The translations under genes were made by a program, and so were the position numbers. The notes under the pieces are model-generated. The model was not told the origin of the DNA. It searched no databases and was given only the letters and a program-made list of their open reading frames with translations. 32,256 nt of DNA from Clostridia bacterium (GTDB taxonomy: Bacteria; Bacillota; Clostridia; Christensenellales; CAG-138). Every line of letters begins with the position of its first letter. The stretch's first letter is position 1. Below, one piece after another: positions 24,889 through 32,256 of the stretch. The stretch covers positions 1 through 32,256 of the forward strand of contig JAZNHI010000049.1 of the NCBI GenBank assembly GCA_045576895.1, read 5' to 3'.

Positions 24889-25474
24889 GGAAATCGATCA
24901 CTCCTTTGTTTTTGATTATGTATTCTATGGCGGACACGATCGACAGCGCAAGCGCGACATAGACGAGCGCTTCGATCAGATACCTCAGATACGGGTTAAG
25001 GTACAGGAACGGGAATTCATCATAGAGCAGAAGCGCAATGACGATGATATCCTGAAATGTCGTTTTCCATTTTCCGAGCTTACCTGCGGCAATCACAACG
25101 CCCTTTGACGCGGCGATCTGCCGCATGCCGGAGATCAGGAATTCCCGCGCGATAAAGACGATCGTGACGACCGGATGCAGAAGGTATTTCGGATGCGCTG
25201 CGTCGGTCGAGCAGGAGAGCATCACAAACGCGGCGACGATCAGAATCTTGTCCGCGGTCGGATCCATCAGCTTGCCGAAATCAGTCACGACGTTGTGCTT
25301 TCTGGCGTATTTCCCGTCGAGGATATCGGTGATCGCGGCGGCAAGAAAGATCATCGCCGCAACCCAGTGCGCATACGGCGCAAACCCCTGCCACACGTTG
25401 GGAAGAAGCAGCGCGAGGATGAACAGCGGGATCAGAAGGATCCGCAGGAGCGTCAGCTTGTTTGCCGTATTCAT
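24878..25474 (-). CDS. pgsA: CDP-diacylglycerol--glycerol-3-phosphate 3-phosphatidyltransferase
   Basis: ANKLTLLRI and CDP-alcohol motif TDILDGKYARK...FGKLMDPTADK. Start at 25474 preferred (ATGA coupling to rimO, GGAG spacing); 25480 is an alternative. Confidence 0.95.
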   Translation of the reverse strand: MNTANKLTLLRILLIPLFILALLLPNVWQGFAPYAHWVAAMIFLAAAITDILDGKYARKHNVVTDFGKLMDPTADKILIVAAFVMLSCSTDAAHPKYLLHPVVTIVFIAREFLISGMRQIAASKGVVIAAGKLGKWKTTFQDIIVIALLLYDEFPFLYLNPYLRYLIEALVYVALALSIVSAIEYIIKNKGVIDFHDC

Positions 25475-26760
25475 ACCCATTCTCCCGTCATATCGTAGGA
25501 ATCCGCGCCGGTGAGAAGCACGGATAAGTATTGTCCGGGCTCGTGACGGTAGCTCGGCGCGATGCAGACTGTGCCGTCGGCGTCCGGTGCTTCGCGGATC
25601 GTTCTGCCGTAGGTCCCGTCCATGCCGGTCTCCTCGACAAGCATCAGAAGCTCGCGCCCGATCCAGCGTTCGTTCCGTTCCTTCGAGATCGTCTGTTGCT
25701 GCTCCATCAGCGCGGCAAGGCGCGCTTCCTTTACGTCGTCCGGAATCTGATCCGGCATCGTTTCCGCCGCGGTTCCTTCCTCGGGAGAGAACGCGAACGC
25801 GCCGACCCGGTCGAAGGGATAGTCCCGGAGAAACTGCATGAGCTCCTCAAACTGCGCGTCGGTCTCGCCGGGGAATCCGACCATCATGGTCGTTCGCAGC
25901 GTGAAATCCGGGTAGTTCTTCCGGATATGATCGAGCACGCTTTGAATGTGCGCTTTGCTTCCGCGCCGGTGCATGCGCTTTAAAATGGTATCGTTGCAGT
26001 GCTGCAGCGGCATATCGAGATACGGCACAAGCCTTTCGCTTTCGGCGAGCGTGTCCAGAAGCGCGGGCGTCACCGTGTCCGGATATGTATAGAGCAGACG
26101 CACCCAACGGAGCCCGTCGATACGGTCCAGTTCCCTGAGCAGCGGGATCAGCCGCGGTTCACCGTACAGATCCTTTCCGTAGCCTGAGGTATCCTGCGCA
26201 ATGACCGAGAGCTCAGTGACGCCCATATCGGCAAGCGCTTTCGCTTCTTCGACAAGGCGTTCTGCGGGCGTACTTCTGAGATCGCCGCGGATCAGCGGGA
26301 TCGCACAGTACGCGCAGCGGTTGTTGCAGCCGTCGCCGATCCGAAGGTACGCGCGGTACGGCGGAGTCACGAGCAGCCGTTCCGGTTTCAGGATCGGGGA
26401 GCAGGGGAGTTCCAGTTTTTCCGCAATCAGCGCGGGCAGCTTTTCGTATTCACGAACGCCGAGAAAGAGGTCGACCTCCGGCATTTCTTCGGTCAGCTCC
26501 TTGCGGTAGCGCTCGGAAAGACAGCCGGTCACGACGAGAAGCCTGCAGCGTCCGACTTCTTTATACTGCGCCATCTCAAAGATCGCGTCGATCGATTCCT
26601 CCTTTGCGGCGGTGATGAATCCGCAGGTGTTGACGATCAGCACATCCGCTTTTTCCGGTTCGCCCGTAAACGTGTGACCGGCGGCTTTCAGATAGCCCAG
26701 CATCGTCTGTGTATCGACCTGATTTTTGGCGCAGCCCAGGGAGATCACGCCGATGTTCAT
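25471..26760 (-). CDS. rimO: Ribosomal protein S12 methylthiotransferase RimO
   Basis: SLGCAKNQVD, NTCGFI..AKEESI, radical-SAM CNNRCAYC, IAQDT..YG.D, RLLYTYP, C-terminal TRAM (APDADG); position before pgsA. Confidence 0.95.
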   Translation of the reverse strand: MNIGVISLGCAKNQVDTQTMLGYLKAAGHTFTGEPEKADVLIVNTCGFITAAKEESIDAIFEMAQYKEVGRCRLLVVTGCLSERYRKELTEEMPEVDLFLGVREYEKLPALIAEKLELPCSPILKPERLLVTPPYRAYLRIGDGCNNRCAYCAIPLIRGDLRSTPAERLVEEAKALADMGVTELSVIAQDTSGYGKDLYGEPRLIPLLRELDRIDGLRWVRLLYTYPDTVTPALLDTLAESERLVPYLDMPLQHCNDTILKRMHRRGSKAHIQSVLDHIRKNYPDFTLRTTMMVGFPGETDAQFEELMQFLRDYPFDRVGAFAFSPEEGTAAETMPDQIPDDVKEARLAALMEQQQTISKERNERWIGRELLMLVEETGMDGTYGRTIREAPDADGTVCIAPSYRHEPGQYLSVLLTGADSYDMTGEWV

Positions 26761-29513
26761 GCGTCAAAATCCTCCTCAAAATCGCTTTCTTCCGGTTCGA
26801 TCGGATCGGGCTCCCCCTCCGGTGCGGGCGCGCCGCCGCCGAATACGCGGTTGAATTCCGCCTGCGTGATCAGCACCTGACGCGGCTTGCTGCCGTCGAA
26901 CGGAGAGACGTATTTCTTCTGTTCCATCATATCGACCAGACGCGCGGCGCGCGCATAGCCTACGCGCAGCCTGCGCTGGATCATCGAAATGGACGCCTGT
27001 CCGTTTTCCATCACGATACGCACCGCTTCGCCCAGAAGGTCGTCCTCCTGCTTGCCTTCGCCGAACACGCCGCCCTGTGCGCCGCCCTTGGCTTCGTCGT
27101 TGATCTCGTTCAGAACGTCTTCGCTGAACTGGTTGTCATTCTTTTTGAAGCCGGACATCACGCGCTCGACCTCTTCGTCCGAAACATACGCGCACTGGAG
27201 TCGGGTCGGCTTGCCTGCGCCGTTCGGATGGAACAGCATGTCGCCGCGGCCGAGAAGCTTTTCGGCGCCGGTCGCGTCGAGAATGATGCGGGAGTCGATC
27301 GCGGAACTGACGGCAAACGCGCACCGCGAGGGGATGTTCGCTTTGATGAGACCGGTGATGATGTCGGCGCTCGGACGCTGTGTTGCGACGATCAGGTGGA
27401 TGCCCGCCGCGCGGCCGAGCTGCGCGATGCGGCAGATCGAATCCTCGACGTCGTCGGGCGCGACCATCATCAGGTCGGCAAGCTCATCGATGATGATGAC
27501 GAGCTTCGGAATCCTGTTCTTCGGATCGTCCATCAGGGAGTTGTACCGCGTCAGCTCACGCGCGCCGACCTCGGTGAATTTCTTGTAGCGCATGGTCATC
27601 TCGTTGACCGCCCACCGCAAAGCGCTTGCCGCCTTCTTGGGCTCGGTCACGACCGGGATGAGCAGGTGGGGAAGCGTACCGAAGACCGAAAGCTCGACCA
27701 TCTTCGGGTCGACGAGGATCAGCTGCAGATCCTGCGGAGAGGACTTGTAGATCATGGAAATGATCAGGTCGTTGATGCACACGGACTTACCGGAACCGGT
27801 GGAGCCCGCGATCAGCATATGCGGCATCTTGCCGAGATCGGCGACGATGATCTTGCCGGCGATATCCTTGCCGAGCGCCATTGTGACCGGGGACTTTGCG
27901 TTGAGAAACTCCGGACTGTCGATGATATCGCGCAGCAGAACGGTTGCGGCGTCCTTGTTCGGAACCTCGATGCCGACCGCCGCCTTGCCGGGGATCGGCG
28001 CTTCGATGCGCACGCGCGGCGCGGCAAGCGCAAGCGCAATGTCGTTGCTGAGCGTCGTAATGCGGTTGACGCGGACGCCCGGCGCGGGCTGCAGCTCGTA
28101 GCGCGTGACGACGGGACCGACGGAGATGTTGATGACCTTCGCCGAAATGTTGAAGCTTGCAAGCGTTTCCTCCAGCAGATGAGCGATCGCGGTCGGGTTT
28201 TCGGCGCTCTTTGCAAAGGTTTCGCGCGGCTTGTTCAGGCAGTCGATGGACGGCGGCTCGTAAGCGGGCGCTGCAGGCGCGGGCGGAACGACGAGCGGGA
28301 TCTCTTCGGAATCGGCGTCCTTCGGCTCGGACGCAGCGGGAGCGACCGGCTTCTTCGCAGGCTTGTCCAAAGGCTTTGCAGGCTCCTTCTTCGGCGTATC
28401 GGCAACAAGATCCTCCGCCAGATCGGAGAAGGAGGGCGCCTTCTTTGCGGTCTTCTTAGCCGGAGTCGCGGGGATGACAAGCTCGTCCTCCTCGTCGGCG
28501 GAAAGCGCCGCGTCGCTCTTCTTATCAAGCCGTCCGTTGTTGGGCAGCAGAGAAGGATCGACAAAGGGATTCGGCTTGTTCGGCTGTCTGCGGGCAGGCT
28601 GCGCGGGCGCTTCCTCAGGCACGTCGAACAGTTCGTCAAACGGGATCCGGTTGGGCTTTTTGCGCTCCTCGGGCCGTCTCCTTGCGGGGAGCGGTTCTTC
28701 GTCGATCGTTGTCGAAAAGTCCTTTTTCCATGGTTTGCGCGCGGGTTCGGGCTCATATTCGTCGTCGTAATCTTCGGTAAGCGACTGTTCGTGCTCCGCG
28801 ATCTTTTCGCGCACCTTGGTGCCGAACGCGTCGGTGTACGCCTTGATGGAGATACCTGTGCACAGCAGCACGGAGATCAGAAAGCCCGCAATGATGACGA
28901 CCCAGCACAGAAGCTTGCCGCCGAGGACGTAGAGGAGCGTCGGCAAAAGCATGCCCAAAACGCCGCCGCCGATATGGTGATTGACGCCCTCAAGCCATGC
29001 TGCGGGGAACTGTCCGAAGAATTGTTTGACATAGTCGGCAAATTTCATGCCGCTTGTGCCGAACTGCTTCAGATCGGTCAGATTCTTGCTGGTCCACATA
29101 TGCAGCGCACAGAGAATGAACAGCACCGCGAGAAGACCGGTCAGCAGCGTGCTGCGGGCAGGCTTCTTTCTGCCGCCGACGATCAGATAGATGCCGACGA
29201 TCACGAACAGTACGGGAACCGCATACGCAAAGCAGCCGTGCATGCCGAAGAGATACCCGGAAATGATCCTGCCGAGCGCGTCGTCCGAGCCGCTGTACAG
29301 CCAGACGGCGCAAAGCGCACCGAGCGCCAGAAGCACGATGCCGAAGATCTCGATCCCGGCACGCGGCGGCTTCTTCTGCGGCGCTTTGCCCTTCGAAGTG
29401 TTCTTGGCGCTGCTTTTTGCGGAAGCCGAAGAACCGCTCTTTGCGGGTGCTTTCGCTTGCTTCGGCGCGCTCTTTGCAGGCGCTTTCTTGGTTGACGTTG
29501 ATTTATTTGCCAT
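26757..29513 (-). CDS. ftsK: DNA translocase FtsK/SpoIIIE
   Basis: N-terminal TM domain, Pro-rich linker, PHMLIAGSTGSGKS, IIDELADLMM, ATQRPS, GAEKLLGRGDML, gamma domain SISMIQRRLRVGYARAARL; RBS GGAGG. Confidence 0.97.
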   Translation of the reverse strand: MANKSTSTKKAPAKSAPKQAKAPAKSGSSASAKSSAKNTSKGKAPQKKPPRAGIEIFGIVLLALGALCAVWLYSGSDDALGRIISGYLFGMHGCFAYAVPVLFVIVGIYLIVGGRKKPARSTLLTGLLAVLFILCALHMWTSKNLTDLKQFGTSGMKFADYVKQFFGQFPAAWLEGVNHHIGGGVLGMLLPTLLYVLGGKLLCWVVIIAGFLISVLLCTGISIKAYTDAFGTKVREKIAEHEQSLTEDYDDEYEPEPARKPWKKDFSTTIDEEPLPARRRPEERKKPNRIPFDELFDVPEEAPAQPARRQPNKPNPFVDPSLLPNNGRLDKKSDAALSADEEDELVIPATPAKKTAKKAPSFSDLAEDLVADTPKKEPAKPLDKPAKKPVAPAASEPKDADSEEIPLVVPPAPAAPAYEPPSIDCLNKPRETFAKSAENPTAIAHLLEETLASFNISAKVINISVGPVVTRYELQPAPGVRVNRITTLSNDIALALAAPRVRIEAPIPGKAAVGIEVPNKDAATVLLRDIIDSPEFLNAKSPVTMALGKDIAGKIIVADLGKMPHMLIAGSTGSGKSVCINDLIISMIYKSSPQDLQLILVDPKMVELSVFGTLPHLLIPVVTEPKKAASALRWAVNEMTMRYKKFTEVGARELTRYNSLMDDPKNRIPKLVIIIDELADLMMVAPDDVEDSICRIAQLGRAAGIHLIVATQRPSADIITGLIKANIPSRCAFAVSSAIDSRIILDATGAEKLLGRGDMLFHPNGAGKPTRLQCAYVSDEEVERVMSGFKKNDNQFSEDVLNEINDEAKGGAQGGVFGEGKQEDDLLGEAVRIVMENGQASISMIQRRLRVGYARAARLVDMMEQKKYVSPFDGSKPRQVLITQAEFNRVFGGGAPAPEGEPDPIEPEESDFEEDFDA

Positions 29514-29549
29514 GGATGATCCTCCGATAAACCATTTTCATTCAATTAT

Positions 29550-29578
29550 ATTATAATCCGAAACACGCTTCGGCGCAA
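29550..29578 (-). promoter_or_regulatory. sigmaA promoter of the ftsK operon
   Basis: Minus strand TTGCGC, 17-nt spacer, TATAAT. Confidence 0.65.
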
Positions 29579-29595
29579 GCACAAAAAACGAACGG

Positions 29596-29624
29596 TTGCG
29601 GGACGCGGGCATTCATGGTAAAAT
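29596..29624 (+). promoter_or_regulatory. sigmaA promoter of the HAD-ATL operon
   Basis: TTGCGG, 17-nt spacer, TAAAAT with extended TGn; RBS GGAGG. Confidence 0.6.
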
Positions 29625-29651
29625 ACCGGAAAGAATCGCGGAGGAACAACC

Positions 29652-30293
29652 ATGACTGTGAAGCTTTTGATCTGGGACTGGAACGGAACGATCCTCGACG
29701 ACGCCGCGCTCTGTCTGGAGCTTGAGAACGAGCTTCTGCGGGAACGCGGCATGCAGGAGATCACGAGGGAATGGTATCTTGCACATTTCTCCTTTCCGAT
29801 CCGCAGATACTATGAAATGATGGGATATACATTTGAAACGGAATCGTACGAATCGGTATCGGAGATCTTTATGGAGCGCTATCGCAGACGGTATGCCGAC
29901 TGTCCTTTGCGCGAGGGCGTGACCGATGTGCTGCGGGCGGCAAAGGCGCGGGGGATCCGGCAGACGCTGCTTTCGCTGACGCAGCAGAACGACCTTCTGG
30001 AACAGGCGAACCGCCTCGGCGCGGCGCAGTACTTTTCCGAGATCCTCGGACAGGTCGACATCCTCGGCACGTCCAAGGTCGATCGCGCGGTCGCGTATAT
30101 GGCGCAGAACGGGATCGATCCGAGTGATGCGCTTTTTATCGGCGACACCGATCACGACGTCGAGGTCGCGCGCGCAGTCGGCTGTCCGTGCGTGCTGCTT
30201 GCAGGCGGGCATCAGTCCTTTGACGTGCTTTCCCGCTGCGGCGTTCCGGTCTTCCGGACGGCTTCGGATCTTCGGACCGCACTCGGGATCTGA
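29652..30293 (+). CDS. HAD-superfamily hydrolase (phosphoglycolate phosphatase-like)
   Basis: Motif I variant WDWNGT, motif II LLS, motif III SK, motif IV FIGDTDHDVEVA. Confidence 0.88.
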   Translation: MTVKLLIWDWNGTILDDAALCLELENELLRERGMQEITREWYLAHFSFPIRRYYEMMGYTFETESYESVSEIFMERYRRRYADCPLREGVTDVLRAAKARGIRQTLLSLTQQNDLLEQANRLGAAQYFSEILGQVDILGTSKVDRAVAYMAQNGIDPSDALFIGDTDHDVEVARAVGCPCVLLAGGHQSFDVLSRCGVPVFRTASDLRTALGI

Positions 30294-30294
30294 T

Positions 30295-30618
30295 ATGGCG
30301 GAGTCGTTTTTTCAATCGGTCTATGAGACCGTTGCAAAGATCCCGTACGGACAGGTCGCAAGCTACGGCGATATCGCACGGGCGATCGGGTATCCGCGCC
30401 GCGCGCGGTTTGTCGGCTTTGCCATGCGCGTCTGCCCGGAGCAGCTTCCGTGGCATCGCGTGGTGATGGCGGACGGATCGATCGCAGGCGGGGATTTTGC
30501 GCCCGTGCGCAGAATGCTGCTCGAACGGGAGGGGATTCCGTTCCTGCCGGACGGACGGGTGGATCTGAAGAAATGCCGCGCCGTGCTTTTGCCCGCTGTG
30601 ACAGGCAATCAATCGTGA
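30295..30618 (+). CDS. Alkyltransferase-like (ATL, YbaZ-type) O6-alkylguanine DNA-binding protein
   Basis: ATG 30295; IPYGQVASYGDIA...ARFVG.AM; PWHRV in place of catalytic PCHRV; LLEREGI. Confidence 0.9.
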   Translation: MAESFFQSVYETVAKIPYGQVASYGDIARAIGYPRRARFVGFAMRVCPEQLPWHRVVMADGSIAGGDFAPVRRMLLEREGIPFLPDGRVDLKKCRAVLLPAVTGNQS

Positions 30619-30626
30619 AATCCTTG

Positions 30627-30663
30627 TGAAGCCGTTGCAACGGCTTCAAACCTGTGGTATACT
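30627..30663 (+). promoter_or_regulatory. sigmaA promoter of DUF1385-prmC inside a 22-bp palindrome
   Basis: TTGCAA (30635-30640), 17-nt spacer, TATACT (30658-30663) with TGn; palindrome TGAAGCCGTTGCAACGGCTTCA (30627-30648). Confidence 0.7.
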
Positions 30664-30691
30664 CTTTCCAAATGAACAAAGGACGGCAGAT

Positions 30692-31762
30692 ATGAAACGG
30701 ACCGATATCGGCGGGCAGGCGGTGATCGAAGGCGTCATGATGCGTTCCGAAAAGGGAACGGCATTGGTTGTGCGCCGCGGCGACGGATCGCTCGCAAAGG
30801 AATTTCATCATAAAAGAACCAGATACAAAAAAGGCTCGTTCCCGACGTGGCCGGTGGTGCGCGGCGTTTACGCGTTCTTCAACGCGCTGTCCGACGGCAT
30901 GAGCATCACCACCCGCGCGGCGGAGATGCTAGGCGAGGAAGAGGAGGAGCCGTCGAAGTTCGAGAAATGGCTTGCAAAGCGCTTTAATAAATCCGCGATG
31001 GATATCGTGAAGTGGGTCGCGATCGTGCTTGCCGTCGTCCTTGCGATCGGCTTGTTCTTTCTGCTGCCGATCGGGATCATCTCCCTTCTGGAGCTGATCT
31101 TCGGCAAGATGAGCGCCGTCTGGAGCGCGGTCGTACAGGGACTTGTGCGGCTTGCGATCTTCCTGCTGTATATCTACGGGATCTCCAAAATCAAGGATAT
31201 CAAGCGTGTATTCATGTATCACGGTGCGGAGCACAAAACAATCGCCTGCTATGAAGCCGAACTTCCGATGACGCCGGAGAATGCGGCGAAATGCACGCGT
31301 CTGCATCCGCGCTGCGGCACGAATTATCTGTTCCTGACGATGGCGGTCTCGATCGTTGTGACCACCGTCGTGTCCGCACTGTGCACGCTGATTCCCGGCT
31401 TTACCGTATGGCACGATGCAAGCAAGCTGAACAGCTTTCTGTTCCGTCTTGCGCGGATCGTGCTGATTTTGCCGATCGCGGGAATCTCCTATGAGGTGCT
31501 GAAAGCGGCGGCAAAGCACGAGAACCTGTTCTGCCGCATCGTGCGCGCGCCGGGACTTGCACTGCAGCATCTGACCACCAAGGAGCCGACCGAGGACATG
31601 CTCGAGGTCGCGATCGCGTCGTTCGAGCTTGCACTGCACCCGCCGAAGGGCGATCTGGAATTCGACGAAAAGGCGGTGCAGCCGAAGCCACAGGAAGCGG
31701 TCGATCCGGAACCGGCGCCTTCCGTGATACAGGACAACGCCGCAGAGGAAGCGGACAAATGA
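30692..31762 (+). CDS. DUF1385 (YqhQ-like) membrane protein
   Basis: MKRTDIGGQAVIEGVMMR, RVFMYHGAEHKTI.CYE, RLHPRCGT, PGLALQHLTTKEP; typical position upstream of prmC. Confidence 0.92.
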   Translation: MKRTDIGGQAVIEGVMMRSEKGTALVVRRGDGSLAKEFHHKRTRYKKGSFPTWPVVRGVYAFFNALSDGMSITTRAAEMLGEEEEEPSKFEKWLAKRFNKSAMDIVKWVAIVLAVVLAIGLFFLLPIGIISLLELIFGKMSAVWSAVVQGLVRLAIFLLYIYGISKIKDIKRVFMYHGAEHKTIACYEAELPMTPENAAKCTRLHPRCGTNYLFLTMAVSIVVTTVVSALCTLIPGFTVWHDASKLNSFLFRLARIVLILPIAGISYEVLKAAAKHENLFCRIVRAPGLALQHLTTKEPTEDMLEVAIASFELALHPPKGDLEFDEKAVQPKPQEAVDPEPAPSVIQDNAAEEADK

Positions 31763-32256
31763 TCGTTCGCAGAGCGGAACAACAGATTGCGGCGCTTCTT
31801 GAACCGGTCGCCGGAGAGGACGCCCGGCTGGAGGCGTCGTTTTTGCTGCGCGCAAGCGGGTTCCATTCGCCGTATCAGGAACTGTCCGAAACGGACAGGA
31901 GAGCGTTGGAACCGCTGATCGAACGGCGGCTTTCCGGCGAACCGCTGCAGTATGTGCTCGGGGAATGGGAGTTTTACGGCTTGCCGTTTTATGTCAACGA
32001 ATCCGTCCTGATCCCGCGTCCGGACACGGAAACGCTTGTCGAGACGGCGCTGAAGCTGCTGAAAGCGGAGAAGCGCGGCGTGCTGGATCTCTGCTGCGGC
32101 AGCGGGTGCATCGGCATTGCGCTGGCGGTTTGCGGGAACGCAGACGTGACGTCCGCGGATCTCAGTGGGGACGCGCTGGAACTGACGGAGCGCAACGCCC
32201 GCAGAAACGGCGTCGCCGTCACAACGGTTCAGAGCGATCTGTTCGACGGCGTGGAG
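31759..32256 (+). CDS. prmC: Release factor glutamine methyltransferase PrmC/HemK (partial, runs off the window)
   Basis: Manual translation from the ATGA overlap: RRLSGEPLQYVLGEWEFYGLPF.V..SVLIPRPDTETLVE, VLDLCCGSGCIGIALA. Confidence 0.95.
   Translation, partial: MIVRRAEQQIAALLEPVAGEDARLEASFLLRASGFHSPYQELSETDRRALEPLIERRLSGEPLQYVLGEWEFYGLPFYVNESVLIPRPDTETLVETALKLLKAEKRGVLDLCCGSGCIGIALAVCGNADVTSADLSGDALELTERNARRNGVAVTTVQSDLFDGVE

Noticed and set aside
26709-29495. 928-aa plus-strand ORF, and similar long antisense ORFs (91-963, 1187-2119, 3729-5639, 14047-15258, 18033-19376, 22490-23833, 23563-24915)
   Set aside because: They mirror well-supported genes on the opposite strand and show no recognisable motifs or RBS. 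Such shadow ORFs are expected from GC-rich codon bias.

Overview
32-kb chromosomal window from a fairly GC-rich Clostridia-like Firmicute. The taxonomy is inferred from gene order, sigmaA-type promoters and protein families. From left to right: tRNA-Leu(UAA); an OmpR-family two-component system with an intramembrane-sensing kinase and a MacB/FtsX-type ABC transporter; a compositionally distinct (AT-richer) segment encoding a 2317-aa secreted protein (Big_2, 16 Ig-like repeats, BspA-type LRRs, C-terminal putative Cys-His-Asp papain-like domain) followed by decayed remnants of another surface-protein gene; two tandem paralogous membrane-anchored PQQ-like beta-propeller proteins; an ECF sigma/anti-sigma pair with a perfect cre-like operator; a lipoprotein with one degenerate and one intact NlpC/P60 domain; DUF896; the conserved ftsK-rimO-pgsA-cinA-recA operon; a HAD hydrolase plus an alkyltransferase-like protein; DUF1385; and a partial prmC. 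No integrase, transposase, reverse transcriptase or CRISPR array was seen. The best leads are the giant Ig-LRR-protease locus with its gene-remnant junction, the pseudo-enzyme/enzyme NlpC/P60 tandem, the possibly catabolite-controlled ECF system, the beta-propeller pair and two apparently leaderless envelope genes. All domain calls were made by eye from motifs; no database searches were run.
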